A DNA stretch of 64,000 bases from Deltaproteobacteria bacterium (GTDB lineage: Bacteria > Myxococcota_A > Polyangia > HGW-17 > SLPX01). Positions within the stretch are counted from its first letter, which is position 1. Every line of letters begins with the position of its first letter. Below are positions 48,801 through 56,556 of this stretch, in pieces. The notes under the pieces are model-generated. The model made no database searches. It worked only from the letters and a program-made list of their open reading frames with translations, and was not told the origin of the DNA. Where the stretch lies: positions 10,043-74,042 of the forward strand of contig JAGGXR010000063.1 in NCBI GenBank assembly GCA_021162935.1, given 5' to 3'. The position numbers and the translations under genes were made by a program.

Positions 48801-48997
48801 TGGCTCGACAGTTCGGCTTGCTGTGTTTCTGCGGCCGGGCTGGCATTGGGTTTCTCGTCCGGGGCGGCATCCACATCACAGGACCGTTGCTTGGGGGCGG
48901 ACATCTGCTTAGCTGGTCGCCTGGCCTGTCCTTTGTCCGTTTTCGACTGAGCCTTCGAGTGCGACTTTTTCCCGCTGCTCTTTTTTCCTCGCGCCAT
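45854..48997 (-). CDS. GT-C glycosyltransferase of the ArnT/PMT (GT83/GT39-like) family with an extra N-terminal polytopic membrane domain
   Basis: DENIYYYQAMLLAHGKLPYRDFFFAHPP matches the ArnT/PMT first-loop motif DE..Y...G..LPY....KPP. More than 20 predicted TM helices, about 430 of them ahead of the motif. Start at the ATG at 48997 (RBS gagagg). Confidence 0.6.
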   Translation of the reverse strand: MARGKKSSGKKSHSKAQSKTDKGQARRPAKQMSAPKQRSCDVDAAPDEKPNASPAAETQQAELSSHPHSHATIQVTPSHEFFSSPLSFPWTPLVLGGLLLVLSLLPWADKAFLWNVMGHAPLLRPHLDSPGIITAMLLLVPLSGLAAVGAWIPSLRSRSWPAVLAGSASLAGLSLLCWYNPSLRMQPFGAWNAAPWGGSVLAASALVSGALWAFIMDHDNLLARSVGLTSAAIVVLSAVMPVYHLGERHIPFVSALVALGEGKVGTGIAALTIWIAAGVSAVALTVMQKTMVRWLWAVAIVLLATSPLFAVLSGTHGPMGIMLLALTEGAWMLLVAWCAANLLMKPPSTWTLSMESLSRWSMGREKDDKTAAQGESLSDDATSASTAWWQESLPFWIGAAALLAGFVALELQAMGYTATDENIYYYQAMLLAHGKLPYRDFFFAHPPVHLLIPAFLFRLFGFHILLAKMISMGAALVSGIMVLLIGKKLIGRIGALVALALYAYSFAVLNAAVNMTGINLTVMFVMTSVYALVSGRPLVSGLLMGTALSTGFYSAAAAAALIILTFTRSNRFGVAYAIGLLGVWGTFNLVFYGLAGSAFLNGVYRYHGKKRPMDPRHMTYLEGPIHMIKALFYNVYVLMSGKSLKKTSFYHGHMIWTTLLALPIWLAVKIRLLPRTGLVGPAPERPWADFLKRWFRLDHQTNRKNGWTRFQNLAGALFWNDSDGTIAILWLVTAALVVEFSMFHRLYSFYFVLWYPLMAILTAYSLIRLLSAWLAVPSSSALHKDEPKASKGSKTGKTQRSHRASAKSGVGAVIGGYRSRLLWSTAVLTFLVSLYPSCENWAQHVHKSEFRRKGQVLHYAWHKPMVADALSPAVKALFWEDHRVRAESVPGFRQFLWNKKRHFVSAPTIAAYIHDHTTPDETIVGASAIAPLLALLAHRHIAAEIVDTNTNRFLAGLLTETGFYEKVCHTKLAYIVSAPRSFFSWRKMRYHRRFLDSFQLEKQFLDPQILYGRPFPILLLHRTSTGGPPYCRFKGGFRMPRRRRRRP

Positions 48998-49574
48998 TTG
49001 GTTCCTCTCATCCTGGTGTACGGCCGTGCACATTAGCCTGAAGGCGTCTGGAAGGAAACAGGTTTGACTGAGGTGCAACGAGCCGTCATACAGCCACGGG
49101 CATAGGTGATCGCATCAGCCGAACGAGATGCTGGACCGCAGAGCGTTCAGTTCGACTTGGAGGAACGGGCAGTTGGTTGGGTGGGAGACGGCTTTGCCGA
49201 TGGCAGTTCTCTGGGACGGGCCCCACAGGCCCTTCGGGCCATGTCTGGCCCTCGCCGCCGGTCTTGCAGGCCTTTCGGCCTGAGCGACTCGGCGTATACG
49301 CCCTTTCGAACTGCCACCTGGGCTACGTCGTCTCCCACCGTTTGTAGATGCCGGGTTCTGTTGCCATCGCGAGGTGATGGCAGTTGGGGAAGTGATGGCA
49401 GTTGGTTGGGTGGGAGACGGCAGTGGAAATGGGATTGGGTGACGTGTGGAGTTTGAGGGGGGGCGCGCGCCGCGGGTTGCTGGATTGACAGGTTTATGGC
49501 CGGTGACCTATAAGTCGTAGCGTGCTGCGAACGGATGGAGCAGCCATTGTTGGAATGGAGGCATTGGAGTCATC

Positions 49575-51356
49575 ATGGGTAGCGTTGTGATCGTGATCAT
49601 TGCTCTCGTGGTCTATGGGGGGCTCTATTTTACCTATGGCAAGTGGCTCGAACGAAGGGTGGTGGGATCGGACCCCAAACGGCCCACGCCGGCCCATGTG
49701 CTTCGGGATGGGGTGGACTACGAGCCAGCCAATCGTTTCGTGCTGTTCGGTCATCACTTTGCATCCATTGCCGGGGCTGCGCCCATCGTCGGACCGGCCA
49801 TTGCCATGGCATGGGGGTGGCTGCCTGGGCTCCTTTGGGTGCTGGCGGGCAATGTGTTCATTGGGGCAGTCCACGATTACCTGTCATTGATGGCGTCGGT
49901 GCGATACGACGGCAAGTCGGTGCAGTGGGTGGCGAGCCGAGTGATCGACCGGAAGATGGGCTATCTCTTCGGATGGTTTATCCTGGCAGTGCTCATTTTG
50001 GTGGTGGCGGCCTTTGCGGCGATCGTCGGGGGACTCTTCGTCAAGACGCCCGAGGTGGCCACGTCTTCCTCTGTGTTCATCTTGTTGGCCCCAGTCTTGG
50101 GGTATCTCATCTACAAGACTCGGTTGGGACTCAAGTGGTCCACGTTGTTCGGGCTTCTGTTCATCGTGGTTGCCATCCTTGCTGGATTCTACGTCCAGAT
50201 ACGACTTTCCTACAATATCTGGATGGGCATCCTCTTCGTCTATATCGTGGCAGCTGCATCCCTGCCGGTGACCGTGCTCCTTCAGCCTCGCGACTACATG
50301 AACTCCTGGCTGCTCGTGGTCGGTCTGGCCGTGGGAGCAGCTTCGGTTCTGGTGGCTCATCATTCCATGGCCTTGCCGGCGTTCAGCTCCTTTTCCGTCA
50401 ACATAATCACGAGTCATACTCCGTTCTGGCCGGTGATTCCTTTGATCATCGCCTGTGGCTCGCTCTCTGGGTTTCATGCATTGGTGGCATCGGGCACCAC
50501 GTCGAAGCAACTCGATTCCGAGGCGAGTGGCCTGTTTATCGGCTATGGCGCCATGTTCACCGAGGGATTGCTGTCGTCCATCGTCATCGTCGCCATCGGC
50601 GCCTTTGGATACCAAGCTTTGAGTCTGGCCGGTGTGCCCGCTGATCAGATGCCTCATTCGGCGTCCGCCTTTGGCGTCAGGTATGGTTTTCTCGTCGAGC
50701 ATTACATGGGGGGGTCTCCCGTGCACATGTTCGCCAGGAGTTATGGATTGGCCGCCCACGATGCCTTCGGCTTGCCGATCGCCACCGTTTCCATTATGGC
50801 AGCCCTCTGGGTTTCTGCGTTTGCCATGACGTCTTTGGATACGTCCAACCGGATCGCCCGATATACGTGGACCGAGCTACTCGAACCGCTCAGGTCCAGG
50901 AACGAGTCGCTTCATCGCATTTTGTCATCTCGGCTGATGGGTGCGGTGGTTCCGGCCGTGGCCGGCATCGGCCTAGCCTGGAGTGGAAGTTGGCGCATGT
51001 TGTGGCCGGCATTCGGCGGAGCGAATCAGATGTTGGCGTCCATTGCCCTGTTCACCGTAGCCGTCTGGGTCATCCAGGTGCGCAAGGCGCCTGCCTGGCC
51101 CGTGGTGATTCCAGCGCTGCTGCTTTGGGTGACGGTCACTGCCGCCCTGCTTTGGTACCTGGTCGCTGCAGTGCCCATTCAGTGGGAGAAGAGCAAGGGG
51201 CAGGCCATCGTCATCGGCGGGCTGATGGTCCTCATGCTTGTGATGAACGGAGCGCTCATCGTCGATTTTTTCCGTCGTACCAGAAAGAAGAAGTCGCATG
51301 ATGAGGGCACGAACCCAGAGTCCATGACTCAGTCGAACGACCAGAGGCAGCCATGA
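49575..51356 (+). CDS. cstA: Carbon starvation protein A (peptide/pyruvate transporter family)
   Basis: 593 aa polytopic protein. N-terminus MGSVVIVIIALVVYGGLYFTYGKWL...FGHHFASIAGAAPIVGPAIAMAWGWLPGLLWVLAGNVFIGAVHDY is the CstA signature. Confidence 0.9.
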   Translation: MGSVVIVIIALVVYGGLYFTYGKWLERRVVGSDPKRPTPAHVLRDGVDYEPANRFVLFGHHFASIAGAAPIVGPAIAMAWGWLPGLLWVLAGNVFIGAVHDYLSLMASVRYDGKSVQWVASRVIDRKMGYLFGWFILAVLILVVAAFAAIVGGLFVKTPEVATSSSVFILLAPVLGYLIYKTRLGLKWSTLFGLLFIVVAILAGFYVQIRLSYNIWMGILFVYIVAAASLPVTVLLQPRDYMNSWLLVVGLAVGAASVLVAHHSMALPAFSSFSVNIITSHTPFWPVIPLIIACGSLSGFHALVASGTTSKQLDSEASGLFIGYGAMFTEGLLSSIVIVAIGAFGYQALSLAGVPADQMPHSASAFGVRYGFLVEHYMGGSPVHMFARSYGLAAHDAFGLPIATVSIMAALWVSAFAMTSLDTSNRIARYTWTELLEPLRSRNESLHRILSSRLMGAVVPAVAGIGLAWSGSWRMLWPAFGGANQMLASIALFTVAVWVIQVRKAPAWPVVIPALLLWVTVTAALLWYLVAAVPIQWEKSKGQAIVIGGLMVLMLVMNGALIVDFFRRTRKKKSHDEGTNPESMTQSNDQRQP

Positions 51357-51640
51357 CCATGTGGACCTGGTTGTCGCACGCCATGGAACGAGCGGCGGGG
51401 CTCACCCATTCGCTTCTGGCGGAACAGGCGACCTCGCTGGCTCAGTTCCAACTTGCAGAGATGGAGCGGTTTTTTGCACTCCTCGTGCTTGGGCCTGTGG
51501 TTGGTCTGCCCACGGCTCCACCGGCTCTGGCATTGGACCTGCTGCCCTTGATGGAAGCCGAGCTTACGGATCTCATTCGAAGCACGCCCGACTTGATGGA
51601 CATGCAAGGCCGACTGGCCGGTGTCTTTGATATCACATGA
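51353..51640 (+). CDS. Small hypothetical protein translationally coupled to cstA
   Basis: 95-aa ORF overlapping the cstA stop (ATGA). It occupies the position of the ybdD-type small gene that often follows cstA, but shows no sequence resemblance I can assert. Confidence 0.3.
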   Translation: MTMWTWLSHAMERAAGLTHSLLAEQATSLAQFQLAEMERFFALLVLGPVVGLPTAPPALALDLLPLMEAELTDLIRSTPDLMDMQGRLAGVFDIT

Positions 51641-51860
51641 CGGATCACGCCGTGGCGGGCCACGCCGAGAGGGACCACGCCGAGACGGGCCACGCTGTGG
51701 CGGGCCACATGTGGTTGGTCCAAGATGGATGATTGATGACGGATGATGGACCATCGCAGCGTACAGGGTGACGGCATGCAGCATTGCAGGCGGATCGAGG
51801 TTTGATTCCATGGCCGGACGTTCGAATCGAGAACGGGATGAGAGGCGGGATGATCGAGCG

Positions 51861-52892
51861 ATGGCCGACGACGGGCCCATCGTTGCTTTTTTTCTCGGAA
51901 AGGGTGGGACGGGGAAAACCACGGCATGCCTGGCCATGGGCCTTGCGGCCGCCCGCAGCCATCTCAGGGTGCAAGCCGTTTCTTTGGATATGGCGCACAA
52001 TCTCTTGGATTTGGCGGGATTCGAATCCGGACCTGGACGACATCGCACGATCGATGGGTTGGCTCTGGTCGAACCCGATCTCGATGCGATTCTGAATCAG
52101 GAGGTGGCCCGGGTGCAGCGGCAGGTCGAGGCTGGCTATGCACATCTGCATTCGCTTGGCCTTGGTCGTCTGTTCAAACTGCTTGGCCGCTCTCCTGGGC
52201 TGGCCGAAACCTCGGTGGCCTCGTATCTCTGGAAGTTGCGTCGAGACCTGCGGGACAAGGTGGACCTGTTGCTCGTGGACATGCCCCCGACTGCCACGGC
52301 AATGAGGATTCTGGCCATGCCGGAACTGAATATCGGTTGGCTCGAAGGCCTTGTGGATCTCCGTCGCCGGATTTTGGATCTTCGCGGTGCGATTGCCAGG
52401 GCAAAAGGTCAAGACGTTACCCAAGACGGCGCCGATCGGAATGCAGGCGGAGAGGCCACGCCGGAACGCGTTGGGACACAGACGGTGTCGGAGCAAGCCA
52501 GGATGCAGGCTCTGGCGGAGGAGGCGGGGGCCGGCAGCAGTGTGATCGGTGATCGGGTCATGGATCGGATGGCGGAGTTGGTCGAGCAGAATCGACGTTT
52601 GGCCTCCTGGATCGAGCAAAAGGGCAGGACGGTCGTGCTGGCGGGAGGTGCCGACGTGACGGTTCGGGAGGCGGCCCTGGTTGCCAAGGAGTTCGCCCCG
52701 GACCTGCTCCTGTGGAATCGACAGCGGTTTTCAGGGGCGTTGCCCAAGGTGTTGGCAAAGGTCCCACAGTTGGATTTCGTCGGGTTGGGTGACGAGCCCG
52801 GTCTCGACGACTTGGCACAGGCGGGAACGCCGTTGCTGGATGTCTTGGTGGGGCAGGGGCTCTCTCTTCACGAATCGAATGGAGAGCCCTGA
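51861..52892 (+). CDS. ArsA/Get3-like P-loop ATPase
   Basis: IVAFFLGKGGTGKTTACLAMGLAAA is a deviant Walker A of the ArsA/ParA/Mrp class. DMPPTA is switch-like. Start chosen at the ATG at 51861; an alternative is 51810. Confidence 0.6.
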   Translation: MADDGPIVAFFLGKGGTGKTTACLAMGLAAARSHLRVQAVSLDMAHNLLDLAGFESGPGRHRTIDGLALVEPDLDAILNQEVARVQRQVEAGYAHLHSLGLGRLFKLLGRSPGLAETSVASYLWKLRRDLRDKVDLLLVDMPPTATAMRILAMPELNIGWLEGLVDLRRRILDLRGAIARAKGQDVTQDGADRNAGGEATPERVGTQTVSEQARMQALAEEAGAGSSVIGDRVMDRMAELVEQNRRLASWIEQKGRTVVLAGGADVTVREAALVAKEFAPDLLLWNRQRFSGALPKVLAKVPQLDFVGLGDEPGLDDLAQAGTPLLDVLVGQGLSLHESNGEP

Positions 52893-53692
52893 TGACCGTT
52901 GCGGAAGCGGTTCAGGTAGGGGCTGTTTTGGCCGGCATTTTTCCTGGAACGGTGCTCTGGTTGTGGATGCTCATTTTCTTGGGCTTGGCGATGGCCCTGA
53001 CCTATCTGTGGGGGCGTCGCAGAAACGTGGCACGCATCCAGAGCATTTCGGGGGCCTTGGAACGAACGCTCGCCCCCAAGGACAAGACCTACACCTGGAT
53101 CGGTGGCCTCATCGGTTTTCACGCCACCTACGTGATGTCTGGGGCCGCCATCGCCGACCTTCGGATCACGGCGACGTTGTTGCCGCGGCACTCACTGCTC
53201 TTCCTTCCTGTGTCCAGACTCCTGATGGGCTCCGACCGGCTCTTTTTGACCGCGTATCTGGCTCGACCGTTCGAAGGTGAGCTCCACGTCGTGCGCCCGT
53301 CACATCTGCGATGGCGACTGGGGGGCCTGTCCGAGCGGGGGACGCTCGAGCGTGGAACGCTTGAGCGTGCAGCGCTTGACCATGGCGCCTTGGGCCGAAC
53401 AGTCGGCCATGACTCGTCTGACGCCTCTTCCGGTGGGCGGTCGTCTGGGCGGCCGCTGCCGGAGCTGACCGTCCTGTTCCATTCGCCGTTGGGACCGGAT
53501 TTGGCCAGGATCGGTGTCACAACCGAACTGGCGCGTGATCTGGTTCATTTTGCCGTGGTCCCCGACGAGTCCACCGTGTTCATTCAGATCGTTCCCCGCA
53601 ATGACGCAGTCGTGCGGGCCGCTGGGCGAGCGCTGTTGGCGGTCGTGGAGCAGCTCGGTCGCACAGACGAGGATGAAACGAACCAAAGCTGA
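52892..53692 (+). CDS. Hypothetical membrane protein coupled to the ArsA-like ATPase
   Basis: ATGA overlap with the upstream gene. Two N-terminal TM helices (VGAVLAGIFPGTVLWLWMLIFLGLAMALTYLW). Repeats GTLERGTLERAALDHGALG. Confidence 0.45.
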   Translation: MTVAEAVQVGAVLAGIFPGTVLWLWMLIFLGLAMALTYLWGRRRNVARIQSISGALERTLAPKDKTYTWIGGLIGFHATYVMSGAAIADLRITATLLPRHSLLFLPVSRLLMGSDRLFLTAYLARPFEGELHVVRPSHLRWRLGGLSERGTLERGTLERAALDHGALGRTVGHDSSDASSGGRSSGRPLPELTVLFHSPLGPDLARIGVTTELARDLVHFAVVPDESTVFIQIVPRNDAVVRAAGRALLAVVEQLGRTDEDETNQS

Positions 53693-54131
53693 AAAGGAGG
53701 CAGACGGAAACGAACTGAACGTCGGCAGGTCACATCAGTCGTGAGCGTTGTACAGGAGTCGGTTGGCTGCCATGAGCCATCCCAACCAGAGGACGAGGAG
53801 GAACGCCCAGAAGGGGACGACCGGACGACCTCGCACCGTGGCGCAGGTGGTCACATACGGGTCGTCGGTCACCGGGCAGGTTCCGACATTGTGCGCTCAA
53901 AAACGCTACGTTGTCGTATGGATAGTCAGCAGAGTCCTGGTCCACAGGCTCAAAATCCAGGTCCAGAGCCTGCCTGGATCGAAGGACCCGCCGTGACCCT
54001 GACCGTGTTGCAATTGGACCAACTCGAAACCATTGTGGGCTTTCGACACGAATTTTAGTATCATGCAAGAGTAACCCGGACTCAGCCGTGGGCCAGGTAG
54101 CGGCATTGCCCGGTGGTCGAGATTCAGGGAG

Positions 54132-55430
54132 GTGCTGATGCATTCGAGTCCATGGTTCATGTCCTTTTTCAGTTCATTCCTCGATGGTGATGCTGTTCCA
54201 TGTGGATTGGGGAGTGCCGGCCGGCGGCCTGTCCGGTTCGTCTCGGGATTCTTTGCCGCCAGTCTTGGTTTGGCGGTCCTCCTCCATGGTGCTTCTGCGG
54301 CGGCCGCGCCGTATCACGGTCACTGGCGATCCGGGCAGGTACGACTTGTTCTGCGACCGAACGGAACCTACGTCTTCGGAAACGGACATGGTACCTATGT
54401 GGCGCGAAACGGATTTTTGTTCTTTCGTGCGCCTCGGGTGACCGGGCTGACGCCTTATCGTTATTGGGTGCAGGGCGGTCGACTCAGGCTGCAGGCGGCC
54501 AATGCCGCCTATTTGGACTTCGTGCGGGTGGGGGCGAGCCAAGTAGCGCCGACTTCATCTGCGGCCGTGTCGCCCGTTCAGGGCGCGGGGACGGGTAGGG
54601 TGCTGGCTCGGGCACCGACAGGAGAGCAGTTGACCGATCGGGACGTATCCGTGGGCTTGGCGACTCTCGAGTTCATGATCCACGGAACCCTCACCGGAAC
54701 GGAACGGCGGCTGCTCAAGGGTGCAGCCATCCTTGATTTCAAGGCTCATCCTGTCGTGCAGGTGCAGGGCTATCGCACGTTAGCGGCAAGCCTTGCCAGG
54801 ATTCGGTCCATGACCAATCCCCTCAGGGTTGGACTCTTGCGCCAGGCGCTGCTGGTCACCTTTTACCGCCAGATGCTGGCTGTGAAGTCTCACATCCTTC
54901 CGCCTTTCGTGCGCGTCCTGTTTCATCGGGTTCGGGAGCTCGCGTTCGATGCGGCCAACGGACTGCTTGTGACCTCCAATGATGTGGACGCATACCTGGC
55001 TTATCTGAGCTTTTTGTATCAGTTGGCCTTCCACAAACAGGTCGCCTTTTCGCGACGGGATCACCGCAAAATAGAGCGGGCGCTGCGGGCCAGATTTGCG
55101 AAAATGACAGTGGGGCAGAGGAGGTCTTTGTGCAGCATGTCGTTTTTCTGGGATCATTTTCGACAGTCATGGCGCAGGGCCACGGCTGGTCAGCGTCTCG
55201 CCTTTGCTCGTCGAGTCGTTGCTCGGATGGGCGGGCGTCGCCCTGCCGCAGGTCGATCGCGTTATCGCACCAGGATTGCTCCTCGGTATCGGCGCAGACG
55301 CCGTGGTCACATGAATCAGTCCACGTACAGCACGTTGGTCCATGTCTTGAACAACGATTACGTGGGCACCATGAACGCCATCAACACGGGTTTCGGCTCG
55401 CCCTATCGTTATCACGTCAAGTACTACTGA
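54132..55430 (+). CDS. Hypothetical secreted protein
   Basis: 432-aa ORF with an N-terminal hydrophobic signal-like segment (FFAASLGLAVLLHGASAAAAP) and an Arg-rich C-terminal region. No recognisable domain. Start uncertain. Confidence 0.4.
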   Translation: MLMHSSPWFMSFFSSFLDGDAVPCGLGSAGRRPVRFVSGFFAASLGLAVLLHGASAAAAPYHGHWRSGQVRLVLRPNGTYVFGNGHGTYVARNGFLFFRAPRVTGLTPYRYWVQGGRLRLQAANAAYLDFVRVGASQVAPTSSAAVSPVQGAGTGRVLARAPTGEQLTDRDVSVGLATLEFMIHGTLTGTERRLLKGAAILDFKAHPVVQVQGYRTLAASLARIRSMTNPLRVGLLRQALLVTFYRQMLAVKSHILPPFVRVLFHRVRELAFDAANGLLVTSNDVDAYLAYLSFLYQLAFHKQVAFSRRDHRKIERALRARFAKMTVGQRRSLCSMSFFWDHFRQSWRRATAGQRLAFARRVVARMGGRRPAAGRSRYRTRIAPRYRRRRRGHMNQSTYSTLVHVLNNDYVGTMNAINTGFGSPYRYHVKYY

Positions 55431-55435
55431 ATCCA

Positions 55436-55730
55436 CGACTTCCCCCAAATCCAGGGATCAAAATCAGGATTCCATTATAATTCTGTCTGGATAGGTCTGC
55501 CCACAAGTGAAAATGGGGGATTTCCATACGAGACAAAATGGACCTCCAGTTGGTAAGGAAAGGGGGTTGAACGCCTTATTTTCCTTTGCCAAGACAAGAA
55601 GGTCCATGCCCATGGCACATCGAATCGGTTGGAAATTACGAGCACAAATCGACACTCCGGGCATTTAGATGGGGAGGCTTGTCCTGGCCGGCATAGAAGG
55701 TCAAAATAGGACCGGCCGGACGCGGGGTAG
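55436..55730 (+). repeat. 295-bp low-GC direct repeat, copy 1 (family R3)
   Basis: About 93% identical to 58597-58890. Begins 6 bp after the stop of the preceding gene. GC content is well below the local average. Internal short ORFs differ by indels between copies, so it is non-coding. Confidence 0.8.
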
Positions 55731-55739
55731 GAGGTATTG

Positions 55740-56182
55740 TCAAATCTGGTGTATAGCCGCCTCGGTCGTACCCTGTGATAAGTTTTCTACGCGTTCGCCA
55801 TCTTTGAATTTCACTCCGTCGACTACATCGGCCAAAAGCTTGTGGCCCCGGAGTCGTCGCCATTTGTTCTGCGCCGTCTCCATCAATTTCCAGGCCATCG
55901 CCTGGCAAGCCAATGTGCTCCCTGTATTCCCAGATCCAGCCACTCCATGATTCCCTGCATTTGGTGCCAGGCAGCTCTCTGCAAAAGAGTTCCAAATGAT
56001 ACATAGGCTCCGTGGCTCGCGCATTGTCCATGTTCCAGGCATCTGTGTATCAGGTTGTTGTCGTTTAGGGTGTCGAGCCACAGCAGGGGCGATGCTCCGT
56101 GACGTTTGAGCATGGCAATAACTGCAGCCAGGAACACAAACATGTCCATGAGGATTCTAATGCGTGGGTTCGAATGTTTCAC
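55740..56182 (-). pseudogene. Probable insertion-sequence/transposase remnant
   Basis: Low-GC segment with two overlapping short minus-strand ORFs in different frames (...KWRRLRGHKLLADVVDGVKFKDG... and ...MEWLDLGIQGAHWLARRW...). Frame-shifted and fragmentary. Family not identified. Confidence 0.3.
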
Positions 56183-56307
56183 CGAGCCTCCAATGGCAAG
56201 GCTAATGGTGTGGAAGAAGTCATGTCAACGTGAATCTGGAATGAGTCTGACAATTGGACTATGGTCTTGCGGTAAGCTTGTTGGAGACAGGAGCGATTTT
56301 CGAAGCT

Positions 56308-56556
56308 ATGGAAAGCACCGCACATGAGAAGCGTCAATGGGTCAGACTGACTTACGCATGCAATAACAAGTGCGTTTTTTGTCATGACAGCATTGTGCAA
56401 AGCGGCGAGATGGTACCCCGTGAAATCCTGGAAAAGGAGATATCAGAAGGCCAGGACCAGGATTGTCGCGCGGCCGAGATCTGCAAGCGCTTCAGACGAT
56501 GCGCGGCACGAGAGGCAACCTGCGTGGCTTCGGAACCGGACGATCCGTCACAGTAG
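56308..56556 (+). pseudogene. N-terminal fragment (82 aa) of a radical SAM enzyme
   Basis: WVRLTYACNNKCVFCHD carries the CxxxCxxC motif. The ORF stops after about 60 further residues where it abuts the convergent pectate-lyase-like gene. GC is about 50%. Confidence 0.5.

Noticed and set aside
55464-55664. Short ORFs inside the 295-bp R3 repeats (55464-55664(-), 58579-58824(-), 58668-58856(+))
   Set aside because: The two repeat copies differ by small indels that change the frame. Low GC and no RBS, so treated as non-coding repeat sequence.
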